The position numbers were made by a program, and so were the translations under genes. A stretch of DNA of 51,427 nt, from NCBI GenBank assembly GCA_011088265.1, contig JAALKB010000006.1, positions 1 to 51,427 on the forward strand. Reading direction: 5' to 3'. The notes under the pieces are model-generated. The model searched no databases. It was given only the letters and a program-made list of their open reading frames with translations, and was not told the origin of the DNA. The DNA is from Gammaproteobacteria bacterium (GTDB taxonomy: Bacteria; Pseudomonadota; Gammaproteobacteria; Arenicellales; Poriferihabitantaceae). Below, piece by piece: positions 41,601 to 51,130 of the stretch. How positions within the stretch are numbered: position 1 is the stretch's first letter; each line of letters begins with the position of its first letter.

Positions 41601-44112
41601 ATATCTGCCTGAGTTCATCGGAAAATAGGATACTAAATCTTCTCGGTGATTCTGCATCGTCATATTGAGCGGCGGAATTCGACACAACCTGACGACGGTG
41701 AGGCAAAGGCAATTCCGGTTTCTTAGCAACTACCCCCTCCTGCTTCTTATTCCTCGAGCGATCAATCAGTTCGTCCAGTTCACGTTGCCAATCCTGAAAA
41801 GCCCGTTCGGAGCCTTGTTCGATATGCTCCACTTCGGGTTGAAAGTCCACTCGAATCCGACGGCATAACGATTTGACAAACTCTTCAACATCATCATCGA
41901 AATTCAGGGACTCATCACTCAAAGCCAACATCGTCGACTCCCCCAATTCAGCGAATTCCGAAATCTCCCGTTTCTCCTGCCCCACCAGGAACACACGAAG
42001 CGCTTTAAATACTGCCTGGGTTTCATGGATAAGCAACCGTTTTTCAGGGGTAACCTTTATAACCCGCCTTTTTTCGTCGATACGGTCCAATAGAGGCATA
42101 ACGAACCGTCTATCATTTTCACTGGTGTCGTCCCATAAAACACTTTGCGAGCGCACCAAATCAACAAAGCCACCAGCTCTAAAGGAGCCATCCTGCTCCT
42201 GGGGCCCATCCAGGCTACCATCAGGGTCACGATCTGCCGACTCAGATTGCTCATTGGCCGAATTTTCCGTTTGTGCGTTTTCCTCTGCATAATCACCCTC
42301 ACCCATTGCAATCAATGCAGCTCTGGTGTTCTCGACAAGGAGGTCAGAATGATTATCCGTGTACTGGAGCTCATCCGCATAGACCTGCAAACTGGCAATC
42401 ACAAAAGCCACCTGTTCTCTTTGAACAGGAGTAATGATCAGTGAAGTATCATCCTGACAAAACGTATCGATGGTAAAAATCAGTGACCTTGCAAGCTCCA
42501 GCCCCTTATTCGCTTCAAGAACAAGCAGCCATTTCGTTATTTGCACTAAACCTGTTCTTATCCGACTGAGGTTCACTACATCCCCATCCTGCTGATAATT
42601 GTAGATAACACTCTCAAAACTCTTTAGTCTAATGATAATCTCACTTAATACCAGACTCCGAGCTTCTTCGATCTCATTGGAAATATAACGCTCATCTGGG
42701 GTAATTTCCCAGTCTTCATCTTCGCTTTGTTGGTTAACCAGAGTTGAGAGATTGGCTCTGCTGGCATTCACCGTTGCGATCCATTGGGACGACGAAACCG
42801 GCGGGCGACGCAAACCATCAATCACTAATAACATCGCTGATGCCAGCCGAAGATCAACCCCGGATTCTTCTTCAATGGGTTCATGATAAATGGGCTCACG
42901 ATGCGCTTCATCTGCTTCGTGCTCACTTTCTTCATAAACCACAGCTTTCACTGTTTTGATAGTGGAATTAATCGTCATGACCAAATCCGCCAGCTCAGTA
43001 ATTTCTCGCTCCCGTGCTTCTCCTTCAAGTAGCTGTAACAATGAAAGAAAAGAAACGTTGGTTTCACTGGATAATTCTCCACCAATACACTCTTCCAGAC
43101 CATTCTCCAGCAAATAGAGCTCGGAAGAAGTAAACACATCGGCTAATTCACCTAACTTTCGCTCCAACTCCCTGTCCTGTGGGCCAGGTTCGCTTTGCGA
43201 GTCGAAGACGAACCATTCCTCCAATCGAGCCAGCTCATAAACTTTCGAATTAACCGTTTTACCGGCCTGCACCGACCGGCTCACACCCGTGCCGATATAA
43301 AAGAGCATCTGCTTAATCAACTCATGGGGTGGATTTTGCTTAATCGACTCATTACTCTCGTCTTTCATCCGGGTAATTTCTAGGTCAAAGTTGGCAAACT
43401 GAGCCTTCACTTCATTGGAAATCGCCAACTCTCCCTGGCGCATTACTTCTACAAAGTCTTTCGCCACAAACCACAAATCCCGCAAAACCCCGACCTTACT
43501 AATTTGTCGAAGCTGACCGAGTATTTCTGAAATATTCAACAGCATTCCTTGTCGGTTATCATTGCTCAACCAATGCAATAGGGACTGTCTGAATCTCTGT
43601 CGAAGATGAAAAAGCAGATTGATTCTCTCTGAATCAGTTAAACCCAACACCCGTTCACCAGGCTCCTCCAACCTGAAATCCAAAGACGGAGCAAACAGGT
43701 CATACAAAGCTAACCGGGTCCGGTTTGTGAGCTTTCTGACTTCGTTGATAGAGGAAACCAATAGAAGGGGAGATTGGGGAGACTCATGCTCGATGGCATA
43801 CAAATATGTTTTAACCTCCCGGATACCAATAATGAATCGAGCAACCATACCTTCCCTCTCGCTTTCGTTCCTTGAATCCATCATCCGCTGATTCAGTAGC
43901 GCAAGATCTTCAACAAATAAACAGGCGGCATTGAGATCCAAAACACGGAGAATCCCGTATATCTTATGTAGGGAATCAGAGACAACATTCAATGTTCCAG
44001 TGTCTGCGCCATTACGGACCCTGCCTACACTATTTTCTATCCGCTTAATATATTCCCACAGTTCCGGCTTCACCCAACCGAACATTTGAGGACCACAAGA
44101 TGGGATGCTCAT
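38680..44112 (-). CDS. chpA: ChpA/PilL CheA-like hybrid histidine kinase (multiple Hpt, HATPase, CheW, REC)
   Basis: Hpt motifs (LHKIYG, VHALAG, FHTLKGSA), N box EHMIRNAIAHGIE, DDGRGLD, GFST...SGRGVGM, LPVTLSV..ALLV, a CheW domain and a REC domain (LIVDDS...VDIEMP.M.G). Confidence 0.93.
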   Translation of the reverse strand: MSIPSCGPQMFGWVKPELWEYIKRIENSVGRVRNGADTGTLNVVSDSLHKIYGILRVLDLNAACLFVEDLALLNQRMMDSRNESEREGMVARFIIGIREVKTYLYAIEHESPQSPLLLVSSINEVRKLTNRTRLALYDLFAPSLDFRLEEPGERVLGLTDSERINLLFHLRQRFRQSLLHWLSNDNRQGMLLNISEILGQLRQISKVGVLRDLWFVAKDFVEVMRQGELAISNEVKAQFANFDLEITRMKDESNESIKQNPPHELIKQMLFYIGTGVSRSVQAGKTVNSKVYELARLEEWFVFDSQSEPGPQDRELERKLGELADVFTSSELYLLENGLEECIGGELSSETNVSFLSLLQLLEGEAREREITELADLVMTINSTIKTVKAVVYEESEHEADEAHREPIYHEPIEEESGVDLRLASAMLLVIDGLRRPPVSSSQWIATVNASRANLSTLVNQQSEDEDWEITPDERYISNEIEEARSLVLSEIIIRLKSFESVIYNYQQDGDVVNLSRIRTGLVQITKWLLVLEANKGLELARSLIFTIDTFCQDDTSLIITPVQREQVAFVIASLQVYADELQYTDNHSDLLVENTRAALIAMGEGDYAEENAQTENSANEQSESADRDPDGSLDGPQEQDGSFRAGGFVDLVRSQSVLWDDTSENDRRFVMPLLDRIDEKRRVIKVTPEKRLLIHETQAVFKALRVFLVGQEKREISEFAELGESTMLALSDESLNFDDDVEEFVKSLCRRIRVDFQPEVEHIEQGSERAFQDWQRELDELIDRSRNKKQEGVVAKKPELPLPHRRQVVSNSAAQYDDAESPRRFSILFSDELRQIFVGELKEHTLRLKNSYRSLVSNAENIDTLSYQETFLRSVHALAGNCRSIQFDSIAICVEELEPIAHSQASFNTFSARYDDLFEGTIGLLDRTGDEISEKGVLPENIVSELDFVAQALLGATVDLLSEGNTESERNIHVGPDIKAIFLEESRSILSRLNQYLAEWRADELTHEMLIAIRREFHTLKGSAGATGFENVSILSHNVESFLDQEGVSPQSEQSSLLNLLEEIHDGLASELGFIPASVGNHMSSLNKAITLLLVDESVGRELKKPTNDESVSPIASSGFASASASDGDGEASINSLEHEQADNPNLNPQETEASLSPSMSDGFVVSREARKNRPAETTALSMTQLDEVDGMSSSSVVEFADSSLKIENKKLSELVNHSRELGLIRTQLKNMLEKTRKELDTFRSSMRLMKESVVEIDSETEALVAACPMPFESSVVSEGIDSSYRERFVNLQTQNNAIKARIDELLEVEKSLDDRASELGEALLRQFYLGEQLQSGLMSARMSSINEHMPRLRQLVRETSRKSNKPVNFVVIGGEIEVDRQVIGTMIAPFEHMIRNAIAHGIEPSSIRSHENKNLEGQLQLKVTQQGTELLVELTDDGRGLDYYKIAARAVRLGFARNMREVTDDHLLQVIIQPGFSTEEIVSLESGRGVGMNVVYQAVRSLGGSMSVSTQRGHGTSFQFRLPVTLSVTQALLVRLGQYRCAILSRTIERIVEVRKSDLTKVDDVLHLHYDDRRLPILNLSEKMEISDTASSKGTVSIIVIRLADRVAAFSVDGFEETVDIVSKTPGAQLVSINGVSGVTVLADSSIVLILDPGQFIEAIELETQPLEELEEKTSDTEEEKTNRVLIVDDSSVLRTVMQRDINSMGLDAMVSKNGLEALGMLKQIKVDIVLVDIEMPEMGGYEFLVELRKEPRYHTLPVIVITSRSDEQHRDKALYLGADDYISRPYNVSALALIIKKLINEKGRKNS

Positions 44113-44165
44113 CTGGCTATACTGGTTTATTCGTTATACACAGAAAATACATTTATAAAAGATGC

Positions 44166-46382
44166 CTAGTTCGCCTTCAATCTCATGATAGATTGATTCA
44201 ATCTTTGAGCAACATCTTTTAGTTGTCCCATGGAATTGGCGACTTCAGACGCATTAGAGTTGTTTCGTCTTGAAGAAATATTCAACATTTCAATTCGATC
44301 ACTGATCGACTCCATCGTCTCCAGCTCTTCCCGGGAACCACCGGCAAATTGGCTAATTGAGCCCACCAACTGCTGATTAGCAGACTTGATTCGATCAAAG
44401 ATAGCTTCTGTCTCATCCGTCATCCGCACTCCGGATGCAATCTCTTTTGTTGTTGTTTCCATAAGGAAAACCGCATTATTGATATCCTGGTTTATGTTCT
44501 TCACCAATTCTTCTATTCTACCTGAAGCTTCTGACGATCTTTCAGCTAACTTTTGTACTTCTTCTACCACCACAGCGAAACCTTTTCCCGCTTCCCCGGC
44601 CATGGCGGCCTGAATCGAAGCATTAAGTGAAAGCACATTCGTGCGTTCAGAAACCTCCTGAATAGATTGAACCAGATCATTGATCTGCTGGGAATGGTCC
44701 GACAATCTCCGTAACCTACCCAGGCTATCCTGCACCTGGGTTTTTGCTGTTCCCATTCCCTTTACCGTTTGTCTTACAGAGCTTGAACCTTCCATCGCTG
44801 CATCGACAGAAACACCGAGCCATTGGGAGGATTTTGATGCATTCTTGTAAAAAAAATCGATCACATCAGTGATTTTTCTAACATCGCCATAGATTCCTGC
44901 AACCTGAGCATACTGTGTTTCATTATCCAACCTGAATCGGGAAATCAGAGAACTCATGTTATTCGTACAACTGTCGATGTCCAATGAAGCTGACTGTGCT
45001 TCCTCAACGGTCAGTCGTATGCCGTTGACTGCCTGATTAATAGACTGAGCGAGTTCAATGGATGTTTCATCTTCGGCTTGTACTTGAACGGTAAGATCCT
45101 CTTTTGCAAATTCCTGAATATCTTCAACTAAATGATCAACGGCAACACTGGATGTCTTTTTGTGATCTCGCGCCCTGTCGATGTTGGTTTGATTCAACCC
45201 CTCTGGCTTTCGTCTCGCAAAGGCCCAAACGAACAAAGTAAGCGACAGCAGAGTGAAAACAATCAACCCAATGCGAACTTTCTGGTGATAAACCCAGCGG
45301 AATTCTGGCGTCGTAGACACACTACCATTCGCCTCCAATTGATCACCCAGTTGCTGGAAAAGTGTGGACAGAATCAAACTATTTTCTGACACTCTATCGG
45401 CGGAGTTTTGCAACCAGGAAGATGTGTTTACTGCTTCTAGCAAGTCAGCTACACGACTGTCAAGCCGAACCAAATCATCACTGATACGATCAGACCAGCT
45501 TGCGACTACCGAACGACGATTGTTAAACAAAGCCTCATTGCTGGTAATAAGCTTGTTAATATCTGTTTTGATCAGATCCACTATCTTCCCATTGACAATC
45601 GGGTTTGTAACCAGCCGTCCAATGTTCGATCGAATTCTCCACAGCAATGTACTTTGCTGCCCGACGAGCGCCACCAGATCTTCCCCTGAGTTTTGTTGTG
45701 CCAGTTGACCTGGAAACGAATCCACTTGATCGGATAGCCTGAGGATCAGGCCATCTATTGTTCGCTCGTTTTCCCTTTGAGCCTCCAGCATCTGACGATT
45801 TTTTAGTAGGAGGTCGAGTTCAGGAAATATTGCGTATTTAATCTGATCTATCGAAGCGATCTTATCAGTATTTTGGGGGCTCTGATGTAAAGCAATCATC
45901 TCCCGGTCCTCCCCGAACACCTTCAATTCATTTGTCACATCACGGCCCAAGACCTGAAGTCGGTTGCTTTCTTCGACCGAGTTTTCTTTGATATGCAGAA
46001 CCAGATAGGCTACTTCCCGGGTCTTCAATTGGAGACTACGGGTAACTTCGTATAAAGCCTCGCTTTTTCGACCGGCATCGAAACGCTCATACTCTGTATA
46101 AGAGAGCACACCCGAGAAGATGATCAGAAGAATAGACCAGAAGACAACGGCGCCACGGGTGCCATTGCTTTTCGTCTTAGGGCTCTCAGCAGATTTTGAG
46201 CCATCGTTACTTACTGCCTTGGGGTTTACCACTTGTTCTTCATCAAGATCAAATAGAGGTAATTCCGAATCCAAACTATCTCGTTCTGCTACTGAACCTT
46301 CGGTGGGATCATCAGCAGAATCGTTAGCAATATGCCCTTTAGAGCCATCAACCCGCCAGGAATTTTCCGACCTGTCTTTCAT
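44166..46382 (-). CDS. pilJ: PilJ-like methyl-accepting chemotaxis protein
   Basis: Two TM helices, a HAMP-like DLTV...LA.SIN segment and hairpin tip [35 protein letters not shown] (IQA type as in PilJ). Confidence 0.88.
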   Translation of the reverse strand: MKDRSENSWRVDGSKGHIANDSADDPTEGSVAERDSLDSELPLFDLDEEQVVNPKAVSNDGSKSAESPKTKSNGTRGAVVFWSILLIIFSGVLSYTEYERFDAGRKSEALYEVTRSLQLKTREVAYLVLHIKENSVEESNRLQVLGRDVTNELKVFGEDREMIALHQSPQNTDKIASIDQIKYAIFPELDLLLKNRQMLEAQRENERTIDGLILRLSDQVDSFPGQLAQQNSGEDLVALVGQQSTLLWRIRSNIGRLVTNPIVNGKIVDLIKTDINKLITSNEALFNNRRSVVASWSDRISDDLVRLDSRVADLLEAVNTSSWLQNSADRVSENSLILSTLFQQLGDQLEANGSVSTTPEFRWVYHQKVRIGLIVFTLLSLTLFVWAFARRKPEGLNQTNIDRARDHKKTSSVAVDHLVEDIQEFAKEDLTVQVQAEDETSIELAQSINQAVNGIRLTVEEAQSASLDIDSCTNNMSSLISRFRLDNETQYAQVAGIYGDVRKITDVIDFFYKNASKSSQWLGVSVDAAMEGSSSVRQTVKGMGTAKTQVQDSLGRLRRLSDHSQQINDLVQSIQEVSERTNVLSLNASIQAAMAGEAGKGFAVVVEEVQKLAERSSEASGRIEELVKNINQDINNAVFLMETTTKEIASGVRMTDETEAIFDRIKSANQQLVGSISQFAGGSREELETMESISDRIEMLNISSRRNNSNASEVANSMGQLKDVAQRLNQSIMRLKAN

Positions 46383-46568
46383 TTATCCCAAGCTCCAGCG
46401 GCTAGGTGATCGGCAGCAATATTTGTGCTGCAAACCACAATCCAGAATATCCCTGACGTGAAGCGAAAAGCGGAAGGGTTTTGCTCGACGTGGCACAATC
46501 AGGGTAGCTCTGCACTGATGGGTTTTGGTGGAAAAACTCATAAAAAATGGCAGCGTCACCTGGTTGTT

Positions 46569-47108
46569 CTATCGACCAATATTAGCAAAGGTTTCGCTGT
46601 TTATAAGCACCCGCATATCGATAACACACCATCTTTGCAGGCCTTCAATTAAAAACGAGTTCAAATATGGTCTGAGTCTAGGTTCAATATCGTTTACGTC
46701 TCCCCGTGGGATATCGTGATCAAAAGATCTTAGACTAATTTTATTTTCCAATAGCAACGCACTTTTCAGTCTACCTTCTGACAATACCAGCAGGTTCGCT
46801 CCGGTAGTCGCCTTGATCGGCCTACGCCCAATGAAGTGGGCAAAGTCAATCACGGTATAAATTTCACCTCGAATATTTGTCATCCCTCTAACCCAGGGCG
46901 TAACCATAGGTAGAGGATTGCAGACTCCACAGGAGAAGATCTCATACTGCCCGATAAAGGGAACGGCAAGATTGAGTTCATCCACACTAAACGTGAAACC
47001 TCGCCAGGATTCGACAAATAGCAGCTCTTCGCCAAGCACAGCATTACCCTGACTCAGCAATTCTAACTGTCTAAATAACTCCAGGGGTTGGGCATTTGAA
47101 GTGATCAA
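46569..47108 (-). CDS. pilI: PilI CheW-like adaptor
   Basis: WRGFTF, P.P.V.PWVRGMTNIRGEIYTVID, located between pilG and pilJ. TTG start. Confidence 0.85.
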   Translation of the reverse strand: MITSNAQPLELFRQLELLSQGNAVLGEELLFVESWRGFTFSVDELNLAVPFIGQYEIFSCGVCNPLPMVTPWVRGMTNIRGEIYTVIDFAHFIGRRPIKATTGANLLVLSEGRLKSALLLENKISLRSFDHDIPRGDVNDIEPRLRPYLNSFLIEGLQRWCVIDMRVLINSETFANIGR

Positions 47109-47283
47109 TTTCGGGAAATATTGTGGTTTAGGAGATAAAGATAAATCAAGAATAATCTGACTCTCGACAGATCACCTGAAACTATTTCTTTCTAGTCATT
47201 CTAACCATGTATCAATGTTGGACGATTTTTCTCTGGTGATTGGCAGGCGAATGGTAACTGAATGGTGCTAATAAAATAACATT

Positions 47284-47313
47284 GCCGTCTCGATCACCGC
47301 CGTCTCGATCACC
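47284..47313. repeat. Perfect 15-bp tandem duplication spanning the pilG stop codon
   Basis: GCCGTCTCGATCACC x2. Confidence 0.9.
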
Positions 47314-47671
47314 GTAGGTATTTTTGGGCTGCATCCAATAGCTCCTGCTTAACAAATGCTTTGTTGATATGATCTTCAGCACCAACAAGTCTACCTTTGA
47401 CCCTATCAAATAGTCCCGTCATACTCGACACCATCACCACAGGAATATCCTTGTATGTCTCATTATTTTTTACCAGGGAGCAGGTTTTATAACCATCGAG
47501 TTTCGGCATCACAATATCAAGGAAAACCAGGTCCGGGTGATGGTCAGTGATTTGAGTAATTGCCTCAAACCCATTGGAGGCGGTAAATACCTCATACCCC
47601 ACTCTCTCCAATGCATCCCTGGCTTCGTGGAGAATTGTTTGGCTATCGTCAACCACTAATATTTTTTTCAT
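47309..47671 (-). CDS. pilG: PilG-type single-domain response regulator
   Basis: ILVVDDS.TI, NGFEA, phospho-Asp in FLDIVMP.LDGY.TC.LVK and the PilG-specific GLFDR.KGR.VG. Confidence 0.88.
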   Translation of the reverse strand: MKKILVVDDSQTILHEARDALERVGYEVFTASNGFEAITQITDHHPDLVFLDIVMPKLDGYKTCSLVKNNETYKDIPVVMVSSMTGLFDRVKGRLVGAEDHINKAFVKQELLDAAQKYLR

Positions 47672-48430
47672 ATTTTAAATCGTGCCTGTAAATCTTGCCC
47701 ATATATTCATGCGTATTCATGCCCCATAAGCCCGTCCCATAAGTCTGGCATCATGCATAGCTATCGCCCAACGGGCCCTAACTCGGAAGGCCATATCTAC
47801 AAAACCATATTAACGAGACCTTATTCACGAAACCATGGCCAGTGGCCATCCTTATCTAACGCCATAAAAGTGGTCAGCGAAACCTCAAATTTCTTTTTTG
47901 ACCCCACACTTACTGCCCGCGCTTATTACGGAAGAAGCATGGGGGGATCTCCGAAAAATAAGGTCGGAGTTCTAAACCGTATGACGCACTAATATATATG
48001 AGTATGCTAAAATTTAACAGCGTCAAAAACCCAACAATAGCCACTACTATGAGACGGGTTTATAGCACAGGTCTATAAGATCTATAACATTGAAGTAGGA
48101 TTAAAGTTAGCTAGCTTCTCACAGGGAAGCGTTATTCTTGAGAAAAATTTTGATCCGTGTTTCTAATTGGCGCTAATGTTGATATTGGCTTTCCAGATTA
48201 CACCGTCTGGCACCAGCAGACGTGGCCAACTGTTTGACCTGATGTCAGTATTTTGACCAAAATCATTAGTTAAATAGTGCAAGAATGACAGGAATTGGAT
48301 CTCCATAATTTCAACGAATTTCCTGGATTAGCGTTTTCAACTCGAACAGGGTTACGGTTATGAAACCCGTGGAACAACTGAAACCCAGAAAAAGAAAACG
48401 GGCTAAAATGAGCACAAAAGTTCAACAACC

Positions 48431-49010
48431 ATGACAGAGCCAAAACCAGACTTCCCATCCCTGTCCAATCAGTTGCTAGTTTCCATGCCGCTGCTCGATG
48501 ACCACAATTTTGCTAAAACAGTAATATTGATTTGCCAGCATAATGAGGAAGGTGCAATGGGTATCGTGGTCAATCGGGTTGTTAACCAATCGCTAGGGGA
48601 AATATTTCTACAGCTGTCGATGCCCGTCACTAGCCTCTCCCACATGAACACGCCAGTTTATGACGGTGGTCCGGTGCAGCAGGAAGTCGGTTTTGTTATT
48701 CACAATGGCAATGAGTGTGACTGGGACTCCAGCATATCGATAAATGAATCGTTGTGCCTTACTACCTCCCGGGACATCCTATTAGCCATGGCTAACGGAA
48801 CGGGCCCCGAAAAGGCCGCACTGAGTCTGGGCTATGCGGGGTGGGGGGCCAGGTCAGCTTGAAGAGGAAATCAAAAGCAATGCCTGGTTTTCCATTCCCA
48901 CTGATTCCGACATCATTTTTCTGGGCAGTGTCGAGAATAAGTGGCGCGACGCAGCAAAACTGCTTGGATTTGATTATCTCAAACTCTCCACCCAGGTGGG
49001 ACATGCCTAA
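48431..49010 (+). pseudogene. yqgE: YqgE/AlgH family protein, frameshifted in a G6 run (48843-48848)
   Basis: LLVSMP.L.D.NF..TVI.IC.HN.EGAMG..VN, GGPV and LGYAGWG. Removing one G continues PGQLEEEIKSNAW...KW..A..LLG...LS.QVGHA* to the TAA at 49010. This could be a sequencing error. Confidence 0.88.
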
Positions 49011-49200
49011 ACCTCATCATGAACCCGTAAACTGAAGAACCATCAGGAAAGAAACCTCTGCAAAATCGTGAACGATGACCTTAAGCGAAATATAGCCAAT
49101 GTCTGGGTTGCAAAACTTCGTAATGACCCTGTTGCCATGAACAGTTCGCATTTCATTTTGACTCACTCAATCTTATGCTGAGACTCCTGAAGTCAAACGG

Positions 49201-49638
49201 ATGAAATCAGGAGAACGGATATTGTGTTTCGATTTTGGACTGAAGCGTATTGGTATAGCCACTGGTAATACCCTAACAAAAACCGCCCAATCTCTTAAAA
49301 CCATACCGGCGAAAAAAGGAGTGCCAAATTGGAATATGGTTAATGCATTAGTCAGCGAATGGAAACCCAACTATCTGGTTGTTGGCCTTCCATTTGCAAT
49401 GGATGGCTCAGAAGGAAAAAGTGCGATGGCGGCCAGAAAATTTGGCGAGAAACTCACACTTTATACGGGAATTTCCGTCCAATTTGTCGACGAAAGGCTC
49501 ACTTCCGTGGCCGCAGATGAGCTACTGCGAGAATCATCCATGGGGAGATCTATTACCCGCAAACGACAGGAATCCCGGGATAGCCTCGCTGCCGAATTAA
49601 TTCTACAGACCCATTTCGAGGAAAAGCAAAAAGAATGA
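49201..49638 (+). CDS. ruvX: YqgF/RuvX pre-16S rRNA nuclease (Holliday junction resolvase-like)
   Basis: FDFGLKRIGIA.G, VVGLP..MDG, VDERLTS and DS.AA.LIL. Confidence 0.95.
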   Translation: MKSGERILCFDFGLKRIGIATGNTLTKTAQSLKTIPAKKGVPNWNMVNALVSEWKPNYLVVGLPFAMDGSEGKSAMAARKFGEKLTLYTGISVQFVDERLTSVAADELLRESSMGRSITRKRQESRDSLAAELILQTHFEEKQKE

Positions 49639-50156
49639 ATTCTCCCATCGAGGTCCTACCTCTGATTTCCCAAATGTCCAAGGATATTTCCCAATTAGAA
49701 CTGGAAGCCCCTTTGTTTATTGGCATACATTCTGGAGGAGTGTGGATCGCTGAAAAAATCTATCAAGAACTGGCCCCCGCCAAAGGAGATATTCATGAAG
49801 TATTAGGGACGCTGGATATTTCACTTCATCGGGATGATTTTATGAGAGTCGGCATGAACGTGGAATCAAGAAGTTCCAAACTTCCCCAAAGCATTGATGA
49901 CAGAAATATCGTACTCATTGACGACGTCCTACACTCTGGGCGTACGGTGCGGGCAGCGATGAATGAAATTTTCTCCTATGGACGACCAGCAACAATAAAA
50001 CTTGCCGTACTCATTGACCGGGAAGAAAGAGAATTACCGATTCAGGCTGACGTCATTGGATGTCGACTACCTTTGCCCCCGAACCAACAGGCGAAGCTAC
50101 AAAACACCCATGGCGAACTCCGAATCGACATAATAAAACAGGAACGCGAACGATAA
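49635..50156 (+). CDS. pyrR: PyrR / uracil phosphoribosyltransferase-like protein
   Basis: GI..GG...A, GTLDIS..RDDF, LIDDVL.SGRT.RAA and RELPIQAD. Confidence 0.93.
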   Translation: MNSPIEVLPLISQMSKDISQLELEAPLFIGIHSGGVWIAEKIYQELAPAKGDIHEVLGTLDISLHRDDFMRVGMNVESRSSKLPQSIDDRNIVLIDDVLHSGRTVRAAMNEIFSYGRPATIKLAVLIDREERELPIQADVIGCRLPLPPNQQAKLQNTHGELRIDIIKQERER

Positions 50157-51130
50157 TGATGCCCCCTGATAGTCAGATCCAATTTGATAAAAATGGAAAT
50201 TTAAAACATTTCCTGACAATTAACGGCCTACCCAGATCGACCCTGGTTAGCATGCTCGACATGGCGGAGTCGTTTATAAATTTCGGCCAGAGGGAGATAA
50301 AAAAAGTTCCTCTACTCAGAGGTAAAACCCTGGTCAATTTATTTTTCGAACCTAGCACAAGGACAAGGACTACATTCGAAATTGCAGGAAAACGACTGTC
50401 CGCTGACGTGATTAACCTTAGCTCTACGAGAATGTCGACCAGTAAGGGCGAAACCATTCTCGACACTGTACGTACCCTGGAAGCCATGCACACCGACCTT
50501 TTTGTGGTAAGGGATTCGGCCAGTGGCGCGCCCCACCTAATTGCAAGTCATCTTCCTGATCACATAAAGGTGATTAATGCCGGTGATGGACGACATGCAC
50601 ACCCAACCTAGGACATGCTGGATATGTTCACCATTCGCCGAGCAAAAGGGGACTTCAAGAATCTGAAAGTCGCGATTGTGGGGGATATTCTTCACTCTCG
50701 CGTCGCGCGGTCACAGATACATGCATTAAAAATATTGAACGTAGCAGAAGTAAGACTCATCGGCCCCCGAACCCTCATTCCCACCGGGGTCGAATCCATG
50801 GGGGTAACTACCACAGGCGACATGAGAGAGGGATTAGAGGACATTGATGTTGTCATGACGCTACGAATTCAGAGAGAACGAATGGACGGACAGCTAATCC
50901 CCAGCGAACAGGAATATTTCAATCGCTATGGATTGACCGAAGAAAAACTGGGATATGCAAAAAACGATGCCGTTGTTCTTCATCCTGGTCCGATAAATCG
51001 AGGCTTGGAAATTTCATCCAGTGTCGCGGATGGACCGCGTTCCCTAATTTTGGACCAGGTTACCAACGGTATAGCAGTGAGAATGTCCATCATGGCAACA
51101 CTGATGGGCGGTAATGAGAATAAGAAATGA
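50156..51130 (+). pseudogene. pyrB: Aspartate carbamoyltransferase catalytic subunit interrupted by an in-frame TAG at 50609-50611
   Basis: [31 protein letters not shown][TAG][22 protein letters not shown] and HPGPINRG. Both halves are in the same frame, and the TAG replaces the Gln of HPTQ. Confidence 0.92.

Noticed and set aside
50609-50611. Genome-wide TAG reassignment (genetic code 15-like)
   Set aside because: yggT, pyrE, the P-II gene, recX, the methyltransferase, fdhA, tkt, pilJ and pilI all end at TAG at normal family lengths.
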